Assembly (NCBI GenBank): GCA_023415655.1
Contig: JAEZKD010000195.1
Location: 892-64,891 of the forward strand
From: Bacillota bacterium
Lineage (GTDB): Bacteria > Bacillota > Clostridia > Lachnospirales > Lachnospiraceae
Reading direction: 5' to 3'
Length of the DNA: 64,000 bases
This document shows, piece after piece, positions 33,205 through 43,730 of this stretch. The position numbers and the translations under genes were made by a program. Position 1 is the first letter of the stretch; each line of letters begins with the position of its first letter. The notes beneath the pieces were generated by a model. It made no database searches, was not told where the DNA came from, and saw nothing but the letters and a program-made list of their open reading frames with translations.

Positions 33205-34509
33205 TTAAGCAAAGATATCTTCTAATCGCTTCACTGTATCTTCAAAATCAGCTTTCGAATCTACGTCCTGGCATAAGAACTCATTGACTTCATCAATTTT
33301 GGAAATCGCGTAATCAATCCTCTTATTAGACCCTTGTTTGTAAGCCCCAATATTAATCAAATCTTCGGCATCTTGATAAATTGCCAATACCGATTTTAAC
33401 TTCCCCGCCAGTATCTTATGGTCTTTGGATGCAATCGAACTCATAACACGGGAGATACTTGCAAGAATATCAATCGCAGGATAATGGTTCTTATGAGCCA
33501 TCTTTCTAGATAAAATGATATGTCCATCTAAAATACCACGCGCGGTATCTGTAATCGGTTCATTAAAATCATCACCATCTACAAGCACTGTGTATAAGCC
33601 AGTGATAGATCCTTTATCACTATTTCCAGCCCTCTCTAGCAGCTTAGGCATTTCTGAATACACGCTTGGTGGATAGCCTCTAGAAACCGGTGGTTCTCCA
33701 CTTGCTAGCCCAATTTCTCTTTGAGCCATACTAAATCGGGTTAAGGAGTCCATCATCAAAAGAACATCCTTCCCTTGATCACGAAAGTATTCCGCAATGG
33801 CAGTTGCTGTTTTAGCAGCCTTTTTACGTATCAATGCTGGCTTGTCCGAGGTTGCAATAACGAGAACACTACGTTTGACACCCTCTGGTCCCAAGTCTCG
33901 TTCGATGAATTCTCGAACCTCCCTACCACGTTCACCAATCAATGCTATTACATTAATATCCGCTTTCGTATTTCTAGCAAACATACCAAGTAAGGTACTT
34001 TTTCCAACACCACTACCAGCAAAGATACCAATACGCTGTCCTTTACCGATGGTCAATAACCCATCCACCGCTCGTACACCAAGCGGAAGTACCTCACTAA
34101 TCAGCACTCGATCCAAAGGGTCTGGTGCTTTTGCATCCACTGGATAGGTTTGTGTTGTGTAAAGAGTATCGTTTTCATCCAAAGGATTACCTAGACCGTC
34201 CAATGCTTTACCAAGCAAATGATCCCCTACCTTAACCGAAAGAGGTTCATTTTGATTGATTACAACACTCCCTACGCCAATACCAGTGATATCTTCATAA
34301 GGCATCAGTAATAGACGATCATCACGAAAGCCAATTACTTCTGCTTTTACTGTAACCTTTTTGTCCTGGGAAACGATACAGCATAAATCATTTAAAGACG
34401 CATCAGGACCAATGGACTCAACCGTAAGCCCAACTACCTTTGTAACTTTGCCCATTCGATTGACATAAGATTTAGCAAGAAGCTTTTTATATTTTTCAAC
34501 ATCGATCAT
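33205..34509 (-). CDS. fliI: Flagellar export ATPase FliI
   Basis: GSGVGKST, IGERGRE, MDSLTRF. Confidence 0.98.
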   Translation of the reverse strand: MIDVEKYKKLLAKSYVNRMGKVTKVVGLTVESIGPDASLNDLCCIVSQDKKVTVKAEVIGFRDDRLLLMPYEDITGIGVGSVVINQNEPLSVKVGDHLLGKALDGLGNPLDENDTLYTTQTYPVDAKAPDPLDRVLISEVLPLGVRAVDGLLTIGKGQRIGIFAGSGVGKSTLLGMFARNTKADINVIALIGERGREVREFIERDLGPEGVKRSVLVIATSDKPALIRKKAAKTATAIAEYFRDQGKDVLLMMDSLTRFSMAQREIGLASGEPPVSRGYPPSVYSEMPKLLERAGNSDKGSITGLYTVLVDGDDFNEPITDTARGILDGHIILSRKMAHKNHYPAIDILASISRVMSSIASKDHKILAGKLKSVLAIYQDAEDLINIGAYKQGSNKRIDYAISKIDEVNEFLCQDVDSKADFEDTVKRLEDIFA

Positions 34510-34522
34510 AAACTGCTCCGTT

Positions 34523-35404
34523 CTATGCGTTCTCTTCTTCCCTTGGACCCGCTAATAATTTTAGGTCACACACTAAATTTTTTAACTGAACATCAAGACT
34601 GCAGTCAATAATTCGGCTATCCGTCTCAATCAGACATTGAGCTCTACTCAACATACGATCTTCTACAATCTCAATGTCAGCATTTTCTTTTAACTTCCAA
34701 GAGATTTCACTCTTCTTAGCATTTACAATATCAAAATCCTCTTGAGAAACATGAATCAAGTAGGTATTACTACTTTCAATGTTTAACAATTCCTGTTCCA
34801 ATAGATATAAGATGATATCCTTTTTATCATCAAGAATTACTCCTGTAAAACGTTTCACATAAGAGATGAGTAAATCAACAAAGATAGGCTCGAAGTTTTT
34901 AACTTTCTGCTCATATGCATGCTCTAATTCTCTTTTTCTTTGCTCATAGGCAAGCTGTTCCTTCAATAGCTCAGCTTTAGCGAGCTCTTTACCTTCTTGA
35001 TAGCCTTCTTGCTTTGCATCTTCTTTGATTTTGTGAGATACCTTTACGGCATCCTCCCTCGCTTGTTCTAACATAGAAGAAACCTCTTGCTTCGCTTCTT
35101 CAATAATAGCCTTCGCTTTTTCATTCACTTCCTCAAAGGAGGGTTGGTGGTTTAAAAACTCCTCACTCACATGATTCAATTCTTCTTGAGTCATATCATC
35201 AATAGAACTTTCTTCGACTGTTGCAGCCATTAAACCCTCTACAAAGCCACCCTCAGAAGATGGTTTGCGATTTACTTTCTCATCCTCTATCTGCAACATA
35301 TCAAGATAGTATTTTACTTTCTCCTCTGCAGCTGCATTCATGTCGATGACATGCTTGTTATGGTCATTATAACGGATCGAATATGCCTTAATCACATTAG
35401 ACAA
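34523..35404 (-). CDS. fliH: Flagellar assembly protein FliH
   Basis: AxxxG repeats (AKQEGYQEG), CLIETD; probable TTG start at 35404. Confidence 0.9.
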   Translation of the reverse strand: MSNVIKAYSIRYNDHNKHVIDMNAAAEEKVKYYLDMLQIEDEKVNRKPSSEGGFVEGLMAATVEESSIDDMTQEELNHVSEEFLNHQPSFEEVNEKAKAIIEEAKQEVSSMLEQAREDAVKVSHKIKEDAKQEGYQEGKELAKAELLKEQLAYEQRKRELEHAYEQKVKNFEPIFVDLLISYVKRFTGVILDDKKDIILYLLEQELLNIESSNTYLIHVSQEDFDIVNAKKSEISWKLKENADIEIVEDRMLSRAQCLIETDSRIIDCSLDVQLKNLVCDLKLLAGPREEENA

Positions 35405-36416
35405 CGATCTCATCACCTCCACCTCGTGATATAATGATTTCTGCAGAGTCTTCTAACTTACGAATAATATTTACAATCTTCTGCTGTGCTTCTTCTACAT
35501 CTTTTAATCGAACAGGACCCATGAATTCCATATCTTCACGAATCATAGCACCAAGACGTTTTGATAAATTGTTGAAGATAAGATTTTGAACTTCCTCTGT
35601 TGTACTCTTAAGCGCAATGGCAAGCTCATTGTTATCAACTTCACGAAGAACACGTTGAACTGATTTGTCATCCAAGGAGATAATATCCTCGAATACAAAC
35701 ATCTTCCTTCTGATTTCATCTGCCAATTCTGGTTCATCAAGTTCAAGACTTTCCATAATATGTTTTTCCGTACCTCGATCTACGGTATTCAAGATATCAA
35801 CAATAGCATCGACACCACCCGCAATCGTGTAATCCTGATTGACAAGAGAGGATAACTTTCGTTCTAATACTCGTTCCACTTCTTTGATTACATCAGGTGA
35901 AGTACGATCCATCTGAGCAATACGTTTTGCTACATCTGCTTGTTTATCCGGCGTTAAAGACGCGATGATTGCAGCCGATTGCTGAGTCGATAGATACGAT
36001 AAAATCAAAGCAATCGTCTGTGGATGTTCATCCTGTATAAAGTTTAATAACTGATTGGCATCGGTCTTTCGAACAAACTCGAAAGGACGCACCTGTAAGG
36101 ATGCCGTAAGTTTTCCAAGGATCTCTTTTGCTTTATCTTCACCAAGTGCTTTTTCCAACAGATCTTTTGCATACGTGATACCACCCTCTGCAATGTACTG
36201 TTGTGCAAGACATACTTGGTAGAATTCATCAAGAACTGCTTCCTTGGTGCTTGATGCGATACTTCTTGTATTTGCAATTTCTAATGTTAATTGTTCAATT
36301 TCATCCTCTTTTAGATGTTTAAAAATAGAGGCTGAACGTTCTGGACCTAGTGTAATCAGAAGTATTGCCGACTTTTGAACACCGGTTAATTCACTTTGAA
36401 CCTGCTGTTTCGCCAT
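35397..36416 (-). CDS. fliG: Flagellar motor switch protein FliG
   Basis: EHPQTIALIL, MFVFED, GPVRLKDVE. Confidence 0.98.
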   Translation of the reverse strand: MAKQQVQSELTGVQKSAILLITLGPERSASIFKHLKEDEIEQLTLEIANTRSIASSTKEAVLDEFYQVCLAQQYIAEGGITYAKDLLEKALGEDKAKEILGKLTASLQVRPFEFVRKTDANQLLNFIQDEHPQTIALILSYLSTQQSAAIIASLTPDKQADVAKRIAQMDRTSPDVIKEVERVLERKLSSLVNQDYTIAGGVDAIVDILNTVDRGTEKHIMESLELDEPELADEIRRKMFVFEDIISLDDKSVQRVLREVDNNELAIALKSTTEEVQNLIFNNLSKRLGAMIREDMEFMGPVRLKDVEEAQQKIVNIIRKLEDSAEIIISRGGGDEIVV

Positions 36417-36430
36417 ACGATACCTCCTGT

Positions 36431-38026
36431 TTATTCCCAACCATCCTGCAGCCAGTTACGTAACAGACTAGCAACCGCTTCAGGATTTTCATCCACAAAT
36501 TTTTCAATCATTCGCTTCGTCTCTGATTTTTCGCTAAATTCAATATCATCCAGAGATTGATTTTCCTTAGTTGTTGCAAGAAGCTGTTCAACAGAAAGCT
36601 CTGGTTCAATTTCAGTTACTTCTACTGGTGACATACCACGGAATACAACAAAGATGAGTAAACCGATGATAAGTGCTGCTAAAATAATTGAAAGAATCAA
36701 TGACCAATTGGTTGGAGATGTCTCACTAGCAATAAAATTAGTCACTTCTTGAATTGTTACCGAAATATTTCCCTCTGGAATACCAGTAACATGAGAGAAA
36801 AAGGTATACCATTGTTCACTCACTTCTACATCAACTGGATCACTATTTCTCAGCATATATTCATCATAACTAATATCTTCTAGTAACCCTAATGTTTTAA
36901 GATCATCTTCAGAAACATCTTTTACCTTCTTTAACGCAATTCCCACCGAACAGTTCTCGATATTAACGATTGGCCAGTTACTTACAGTTGTCGTTAATTT
37001 TTCGCTTGGTAAATACGTAATATTTAATTCCTCATAAGAGCTATCTCCGCTACTATTCTCTTGAATGTAGTAATCTACATCATCATTGGAGTCAGTCCCT
37101 GGGATATCTCCACTTGTACCTTTATTTTCTGAACTAATTTTGCTCCAGCTTTGGTACAACCCTTGTTCTTGTCCCTCCGCTGCAATATATTCGCGAAATT
37201 CTTCCGTCTTTTTATCAAAGTTAATATCTAGATGAAAGCTTGGTTCAACAAAACTAAAGCCATTCATCAAGGCAAAACGAGTTACGAGCTCCGAATAATA
37301 CTCCTCAACTTCTTTCGTATACTCAAGTGTTGCATTTGCATAATCCTCCTCCTCATCAGAAGGACCATTGTATAATAAGTTACCATATTGATCAATGACC
37401 TTAATCTTGTCAGTTGTCGCATTACCAATACTATTTGCCACGGCAATTGCAATCGCTTCTGCGGACGACTTTTTGAATTTCTCATTGATCGTCAAGAAGA
37501 TACTACAGCCAATCTCTTTTTCAGACTCTAATATACTTGTTCTTGTATCTGTTGGCAAATAACTAACACTTGCCTCATCTACACCTTCACGACTTTCCAA
37601 TAACTCCTCTAAATCACTCTGATAATAAAGGTGAAGTTTTAACTGTTTATCATAATTTGTTGTCGTCATACTATTATCCAACAAATTATTCACAGTAAAT
37701 TTCGCCTTGGAACTAATCTCGCTATCTTGAATCAGATAGACCGCCTCGGTTTTCTTGGTCGCATCTACCGAAACTGTCACATTATCATCCGCAACTTGAT
37801 AAGCGATTCCATTCTCCTCAAGCAATTTCACTGCTTGACCTGCTGTAGATACATCTTCAAACTTCCCTAATTCCACATAGTCCGTTCTGCCCAATAGAAG
37901 TATGAGAATTACGAGTGCTAGAATCACTGCACTTACAATACTGATGATAAGTACCTTCTGCTTTTTCGTATACTTCTTCCATATTTCTAATAATCTGACA
38001 GGTATCTGTTTAATTCGTTCCTGCAT
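36431..38026 (-). CDS. fliF: Flagellar M-ring protein FliF
   Basis: Two TMs, NPEAVASLLRNWL C-terminus. Confidence 0.93.
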   Translation of the reverse strand: MQERIKQIPVRLLEIWKKYTKKQKVLIISIVSAVILALVILILLLGRTDYVELGKFEDVSTAGQAVKLLEENGIAYQVADDNVTVSVDATKKTEAVYLIQDSEISSKAKFTVNNLLDNSMTTTNYDKQLKLHLYYQSDLEELLESREGVDEASVSYLPTDTRTSILESEKEIGCSIFLTINEKFKKSSAEAIAIAVANSIGNATTDKIKVIDQYGNLLYNGPSDEEEDYANATLEYTKEVEEYYSELVTRFALMNGFSFVEPSFHLDINFDKKTEEFREYIAAEGQEQGLYQSWSKISSENKGTSGDIPGTDSNDDVDYYIQENSSGDSSYEELNITYLPSEKLTTTVSNWPIVNIENCSVGIALKKVKDVSEDDLKTLGLLEDISYDEYMLRNSDPVDVEVSEQWYTFFSHVTGIPEGNISVTIQEVTNFIASETSPTNWSLILSIILAALIIGLLIFVVFRGMSPVEVTEIEPELSVEQLLATTKENQSLDDIEFSEKSETKRMIEKFVDENPEAVASLLRNWLQDGWE

Positions 38027-38043
38027 GCTTCAACCCTCTTATG

Positions 38044-38373
38044 CTAAAATTGTAATTGCATAATTTCCTTATATGCATCTAATACTGCGTTTCGAACCGC
38101 TACTGTATATTGTAATGAAATACTTGCTTTTGTTTGAGCTATCTGCAAATCATGCGTACTCGATGTCAAACCCATTGCATAGTCCATCTCAGCTTGTTCT
38201 GCCGCATCCGTATATGCATTCGTTTCTTGAATCATATTCAAGGCTGATTGAAACATTGCTTCAAATGTTGCATTCCTATTTTCGCTAGTAGTCTCCTTTG
38301 CTTTTGAAAGATTCAATTTGGAGCTACCTATGTTTCCCAATGAGCTGATACTCAATATGTCCATCGATTCCAT
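38044..38373 (-). CDS. fliE: Hook-basal body protein FliE
   Basis: VRNAVLDAYKEIMQLQF. Confidence 0.95.
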   Translation of the reverse strand: MESMDILSISSLGNIGSSKLNLSKAKETTSENRNATFEAMFQSALNMIQETNAYTDAAEQAEMDYAMGLTSSTHDLQIAQTKASISLQYTVAVRNAVLDAYKEIMQLQF

Positions 38374-38389
38374 CCTTCCTTAACGTTTT

Positions 38390-38845
38390 TTACTTGCCAA
38401 CTTCTAAACCTTTTAATAGCATGTTCTTTGTTGCATTAAATGCTGTAATATTAGCTTCGTAGGAACGGGATGCATCGATCATATTCGTCATCTCAGTCAC
38501 TGTGTTTACATTTGGATATGTAACATAACCATTCTCATCCGCATCTGGATGAGATGGATCATAGACTTCTTTCATAGCCGTTACATGATCCTCAACAATT
38601 GAAGTTACTTTTACGCCACTTCCGTTATATTCTGAATTCTTTCTCACCGAACTAGCTTGTGATAAAATACTACCAAAGCTATCAGCTCTACTCTCCGCGA
38701 ACACTAAAGTTTGTCTTCTATAAGGTTGACCGTTCTCATCTCTCGTCGTATTTACATTCGCAATATTCTGAGAAATCAAATCCATTCGAAGTCTTTGTGC
38801 AGTCATTCCACTTGCACTTATTTCTAACGCATTAAATATTGACAT
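38390..38845 (-). CDS. flgC: Basal-body rod protein FlgC
   Basis: YDPSHPDADENGYVTYPNVN. Confidence 0.97.
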   Translation of the reverse strand: MSIFNALEISASGMTAQRLRMDLISQNIANVNTTRDENGQPYRRQTLVFAESRADSFGSILSQASSVRKNSEYNGSGVKVTSIVEDHVTAMKEVYDPSHPDADENGYVTYPNVNTVTEMTNMIDASRSYEANITAFNATKNMLLKGLEVGK

Positions 38846-38860
38846 GAGTTTCCTCCTCTA

Positions 38861-39247
38861 CTATTTCTGTAAGACTGTCTTCAGCCGATTAAACTCTTCC
38901 GTCATCGAGCTTAATAGCTGATAATAACGAATTTGATTTTCTGCTGAGTATGCTTGTTCCACTTCCATATCTACGTTATTACCATCATATCGATAGCTTA
39001 GTTCTTCGGAATCCGTATAGATAGACGACTTCAATTTTGACAAATTCAAGTTTGCCACTTTAGCATCCAAACTTTCGTTTCCGCTCAACTCTTTCTTTAG
39101 ATAAGTTTCAAACTTCACATCTTTTCTCTTATAGTCTGGTGTACTTACATTTGCGAGGTTATTTGAGATTACTTCTTGTCGAAGTAAACTTGCATCCGCC
39201 GCTTTATCTAGTACATTGATGTAGTTGAACGCATTTGATCCAATCAT
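38861..39247 (-). CDS. flgB: Basal-body rod protein FlgB
   Basis: ISNNLANVSTPDYKRKD, DGNNVD. Confidence 0.97.
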   Translation of the reverse strand: MIGSNAFNYINVLDKAADASLLRQEVISNNLANVSTPDYKRKDVKFETYLKKELSGNESLDAKVANLNLSKLKSSIYTDSEELSYRYDGNNVDMEVEQAYSAENQIRYYQLLSSMTEEFNRLKTVLQK

Positions 39248-39491
39248 CTAATACCTTCCTTCTTTTTATAATTTTCCTCTTTGATTACTTATGGTTAAAA
39301 CTACTTTTGTGTTCTATTTTCATAAGTTACAACTCCAACTTACAAAGTGATTTCATCACACTTCTGACTTACTATATTATATAATAATTTGAAAGAAAAA
39401 CACAAGATATATTTAAAAATTTTGTAGAATAATACAACTATTTGTAGTTTTATAGGACCAATGTCTTATTTTTTTACTTAAGAAAATGTCA

Positions 39492-39529
39492 AAAAAATCC
39501 ACCCAGCAAAGAAATATTGGGTGGATTTT
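39492..39529 (-). terminator. Probable codY terminator
   Basis: AAAATCCACCCA...TGGGTGGATTTT stem with A-tract. Confidence 0.65.
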
Positions 39530-39683
39530 CCATTTTATGTTTTTTTACTTATAAATTAATATTTTGTCTTTGATACTTCATCATTATTTCAGCTCTTTTA
39601 TTTTTTGTAACCACTTTCATTCTATATCTTTTATTTTATTCATTTTATTTTAATAAATGGTTGCATGAAACTTACCTAATTTT

Positions 39684-40451
39684 TTACTTCATTTTCTTTA
39701 ACTCATCGAATACCACATCATTCAATACTTTAATGTAGGTTCCTTTCATACCGGAAGATCTTGATTCAATTACCCCAGCACTTTCGAATTTACGAAGTGC
39801 ATTGACAATAACTGATCTTGTAATTCCAACACGATCCGCAATTTTACTTGCTACTAGGATTCCTTCATTCCCTTCCAACTCCTCAAAGATATGAGTTATT
39901 GCTTCTAATTCAGAAAATGATAAAGTACTAATGGCAGATTTAACGATATGTACTTTTCTGTTCTCTTCTGCATTCTCTTCGTTTACTGAACGCATCATCT
40001 CGAGTCCAACAACTGTTGTACCATATTCACTTAATATGATGTCATCAATGGAATACTGTTCTTTATTCTTGTATAAGAATAAGGATCCTAATCGTTCACC
40101 AGCAATGTCAATTGGAGTTATGATTGCCTGATAATCATTTACATGATCAAACTCAAATCCTAAAGTTGCCAAATTGACGTTTTCCTTCGTAGACAGAATA
40201 TTTAATAATCTTTCATTTAACATTGTATCGATATAGCCACCAACCGCATCTTTTATTAATTCACTGATTGGTGCAATATCTGCACGATTTTTAATACCCA
40301 AAACCTTGCCTTTTTTGCTAATGACTAAGATATTAGATTCTAATATATCACTAAGAACCGAACAGATGTCATTAAACACTACCTTGTGTGAGTTGTTATT
40401 ATGCAATAACTTATTAATTTTTCTTGTCTTGTCCAACAATTGTACGCTCAT
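39684..40451 (-). CDS. codY: GTP/BCAA-sensing regulator CodY
   Basis: LVASKIADRVGITRSVIVNALRKFESAGVIESRS. Confidence 0.98.
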   Translation of the reverse strand: MSVQLLDKTRKINKLLHNNNSHKVVFNDICSVLSDILESNILVISKKGKVLGIKNRADIAPISELIKDAVGGYIDTMLNERLLNILSTKENVNLATLGFEFDHVNDYQAIITPIDIAGERLGSLFLYKNKEQYSIDDIILSEYGTTVVGLEMMRSVNEENAEENRKVHIVKSAISTLSFSELEAITHIFEELEGNEGILVASKIADRVGITRSVIVNALRKFESAGVIESRSSGMKGTYIKVLNDVVFDELKKMK

Positions 40452-40645
40452 TTAAGAACCCCCATGACCTTCGTTTTGGTCTGCTTCACAGCAATAATAA
40501 GTGGTATATTATACCTTTTTTAACTATGTAATAAATTCTATCATATATTTTTTTAAAAAACAATAGCAAAATTGTTATTTTGACACACATTTTGTAACTT
40601 TTCAGCTGTTTTTTTTCAAATATTTATGCTTTTTGAAAAAATAGA

Positions 40646-40754
40646 GCTGTTATTTTATCAGTTACTTCACCTTTCACATACCACATTTCGTGTAATTGTC
40701 GTAAACAAAACAAAATGTAGTATGTGGAAAGGTAAATCACAGTAAAATAACAAC
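40646..40754. repeat. Long imperfect inverted repeat after topA
   Basis: GTTATTTTA..ACCTTTC.ACATAC.ACATT pairs with AATGT.GTATGT.GAAAGGT..TAAAATAAC. Confidence 0.7.
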
Positions 40755-40774
40755 CCTAATTTGTCTACCTATTC

Positions 40775-42865
40775 TTATGATTCAGCTTTTTCTTCTTTTG
40801 ATTCTTTATTTTTTACAAACCCGCAAGTTTCATTCATACAAACAATTTTCGAGCCTTTTTCTATTAATGGTCCATTGCATTTCGGGCAAAGCTCTCCAGA
40901 AGGTTTTTGCCAAGACATAAAATCACATTCCGGATTGTTTTCACATCCAAAATATCGACGCCCTTTTTTTGTCTTCTTGATAATGACATCTGCTCCACAC
41001 TTTGGACACGCAACACCTATCTTTTCAAAATAAGGCTTCGTATTACGACACTCAGGAAATCCTGGACAAGCAAGGAATTTACCATGTGGACCATATTTAA
41101 TTACCATCTTACGACCACACTCAGAACACTCAACATCCGTTACTTCATCTTCGATTTTGATCTGCTCTAACTGGTGCTCCGCATCATTCACTGCAGCTTC
41201 TAAATCAGGATAGAAATTGCTAACGATTGTTTTCCAATTAACGACTCCATCCTCTACTCCATCTAACAAAGCTTCCAAGTTTACTGTAAAATTAACATCA
41301 ACGATGCTAGGAAACGCTTTCTTCATAATTCGATTGACCGCTTCACCCAATTCGGTTACATAGAGATTTTTATTCTCTTTGATTACATACCTACGAGCAA
41401 TAATTGTTGTTATTGTTGGAGCATAGGTACTTGGACGACCAATCCCAAGCTCTTCTAAGGCCTTAACCAAGGATGCTTCCGTATAATGTGCTGGTGGCTG
41501 CGTAAAGTGTTGGCTTTCTTTCAGATCATGAAGCTTTAACTCTGTATTTACTTCAAGCTTTTTAATCGTTGAAGTAACATTCTCCTCTTCCTCATCTGCA
41601 TTCTGATACACCGTTAAAAAGCCATCAAAAATAAGGCGTGACGCTGCTACTGTAAAACGATATCCATTTCCATCAATTTTAGCAGTCTGAGTCTCATATT
41701 TGGCTGGTTGCATTCTACTTGCAATGAATCGTTTCCAAATCAATTGATATAAACGGAATTGATCTCTACTCAAGGATTCTTTAATTACAACAGGTGTCAT
41801 CTCCACATAGGTTGGACGAATCGCTTCATGTGCATCTTGAATCTTTTTGCCAGATCCTTTATTCACATCCTGAGTCGTAACGAATTCTTCCCCATAATTG
41901 CTATGGATAAATTCTTTTGCAGCTTGATCGGCTTCTTCACTTACGCGAACAGAATCGGTACGAAGATAAGAGATCAAACCAATCGTTCCATGCCCCTTTA
42001 CATCCACTCCTTCGTAAAGCTGCTGAGCCAGACGCATTGTCTTTTGCGTTGAATAATTCAAGAGCTTTGCAGCCTCTTGTTGAAGCGTACTCGTAGTAAA
42101 TGGCAATGGAGCTTTTTTCGTACGTTCTCCAGTCTTAACTTCAGTAATTCTAAATACTGCCTTTTTACATTGCTCTAATATCTGATCCATCTCTTCCTTC
42201 GAAGAAACAGTTAATTTCTTATCCACGGTACCATAAAACTTCGCAGTTAATGGCTTCTTTTCCCCTTCTAGAGCAAAATTAGCATCCAAGTGCCAATACT
42301 CTTGTGGTACAAAAGCATTGATTTCTTCTTCTCGATCACAAATAATACGTAATGCTACGGATTGAACACGACCAGCACTCAGACCTCTTTTTACCTTTGC
42401 CCAAAGCACTGGACTAATCCTGTAACCAACCATACGGTCAAGCATTCTTCTTGCCTGTTGGGAGTCTACAAGATTCATATCTATATCTCTTGCTTCTTTG
42501 ATAGAATTTTTAATTGCATTCTTTGTAATTTCATTAAAAGTAATACGGCTTGTGTTTTTTTCGTCTAATTTAAGTGTATGCAGTAAATGCCAGGAAATCG
42601 CTTCCCCTTCACGATCAGGGTCGGTTGCGAGATACACTTTATCTGCTTTTTTTACTTCTTTACGAAGCTTTGCTAATAAATCTCCCTTACCACGAATTGT
42701 TATATATTTCGGTTCAAATCCATTCTCAGCATCGAATCCTAACTTACTTTTAGGTAAATCACGAACATGCCCATTGGAAGCAAGAACCTCATAATTCGAC
42801 CCCAAAAACTTTTTGATTGTCTTCGCTTTTGCGGGTGATTCAACTATCACTAAATATTTCGGCAT
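40775..42865 (-). CDS. topA: DNA topoisomerase I
   Basis: LVIVESPAKAKTI, ATDPDREGE, SAGRVQS, C-terminal zinc ribbons; start at MPKYL. Confidence 0.98.
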   Translation of the reverse strand: MPKYLVIVESPAKAKTIKKFLGSNYEVLASNGHVRDLPKSKLGFDAENGFEPKYITIRGKGDLLAKLRKEVKKADKVYLATDPDREGEAISWHLLHTLKLDEKNTSRITFNEITKNAIKNSIKEARDIDMNLVDSQQARRMLDRMVGYRISPVLWAKVKRGLSAGRVQSVALRIICDREEEINAFVPQEYWHLDANFALEGEKKPLTAKFYGTVDKKLTVSSKEEMDQILEQCKKAVFRITEVKTGERTKKAPLPFTTSTLQQEAAKLLNYSTQKTMRLAQQLYEGVDVKGHGTIGLISYLRTDSVRVSEEADQAAKEFIHSNYGEEFVTTQDVNKGSGKKIQDAHEAIRPTYVEMTPVVIKESLSRDQFRLYQLIWKRFIASRMQPAKYETQTAKIDGNGYRFTVAASRLIFDGFLTVYQNADEEEENVTSTIKKLEVNTELKLHDLKESQHFTQPPAHYTEASLVKALEELGIGRPSTYAPTITTIIARRYVIKENKNLYVTELGEAVNRIMKKAFPSIVDVNFTVNLEALLDGVEDGVVNWKTIVSNFYPDLEAAVNDAEHQLEQIKIEDEVTDVECSECGRKMVIKYGPHGKFLACPGFPECRNTKPYFEKIGVACPKCGADVIIKKTKKGRRYFGCENNPECDFMSWQKPSGELCPKCNGPLIEKGSKIVCMNETCGFVKNKESKEEKAES

Positions 42866-43666
42866 CGTTTTCTCCCTCATATGTTTCAGATTTAAACTCT
42901 GATAATCATATACTATTTTTTTTGTGCTGACAAGAGAAAAATGAATAAAAAATAAATTTTGGTTATTTTTGTATAGAATGTACTTCAATTTCCAAGTGCA
43001 CTATTCTGATTCACTAATTGGTATCATCTATTATGATGTATCCTTCTCTTTTTCATGCATATGAAGTCCACTCATGGAATTAAAAACGAAATTACTTCTA
43101 TTTATATATGCACTTAACTGCTTTTAATAACTCATAGACAATAGTACATTTCCTTTCGTTTGTCAACCTCTATTTTACAATCGACAACTCAGCTTTCCTT
43201 TTTTCCCTTTCTCTGTCATTGTTTTACTAACAGGTAGATACAGATAGCTACCTATATAAACTGCATATTCAACGAAATGATTGATACCACTATGAATACC
43301 CATAATTCCTCCTGCTGCTGTAACTTATTCATAATTAGTGCATTATAAACGTTCGATATCCATATTTTTTTACAATCCCTAACGTAACTAATATAAACAT
43401 TAAGACAAAAACGATCAATGGTATTAAAAACGAAGTAAATAAACAAATGATAAGTCTCAATAAAAATCGTGAGCATGATACCTAAGATATATAAAAAAAT
43501 GAATTCATAAACTTGTAGTTGTATATTGGAAATTTTGATAAATACAAATAAATCGAATAATAAAAAGCCTCCCAATACAAGCGAACCTCTTATCAGATGT
43601 TTTAATCGGAGTTGATAACTTTGATAGCAAGGAAAAAGGATAGAAACATCCCATACAGCAAATCAA

Positions 43667-43703
43667 AAGGTCTGACTCCGATATAATCTCAAAGTCAGAC
43701 CTT
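43667..43703 (-). terminator. Terminator after DUF5780-like lipoprotein
   Basis: AAGGTCTGACT...AGTCAGACCTT stem. Confidence 0.6.
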
Positions 43704-43730
43704 ATTATTAAAGTCAATTTAAATAGGTTA

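Noticed and set aside
39248..39683. c-di-GMP riboswitch or invertible flagellar switch upstream of flgB, as in C. difficile
   Set aside because: I could not see a GEMM-like motif or flanking inverted repeats; only an AT-rich promoter region and a terminator stem.
745..42794. Many short plus-strand ORFs in the six-frame track
   Set aside because: Almost all are antisense shadows of well-recognised minus-strand genes; the few intergenic ones lack any recognisable motif.
43252..43717. Two overlapping AT-rich minus-strand ORFs
   Set aside because: No RBS or recognisable motif; one spans a terminator. Probably decayed or non-coding.
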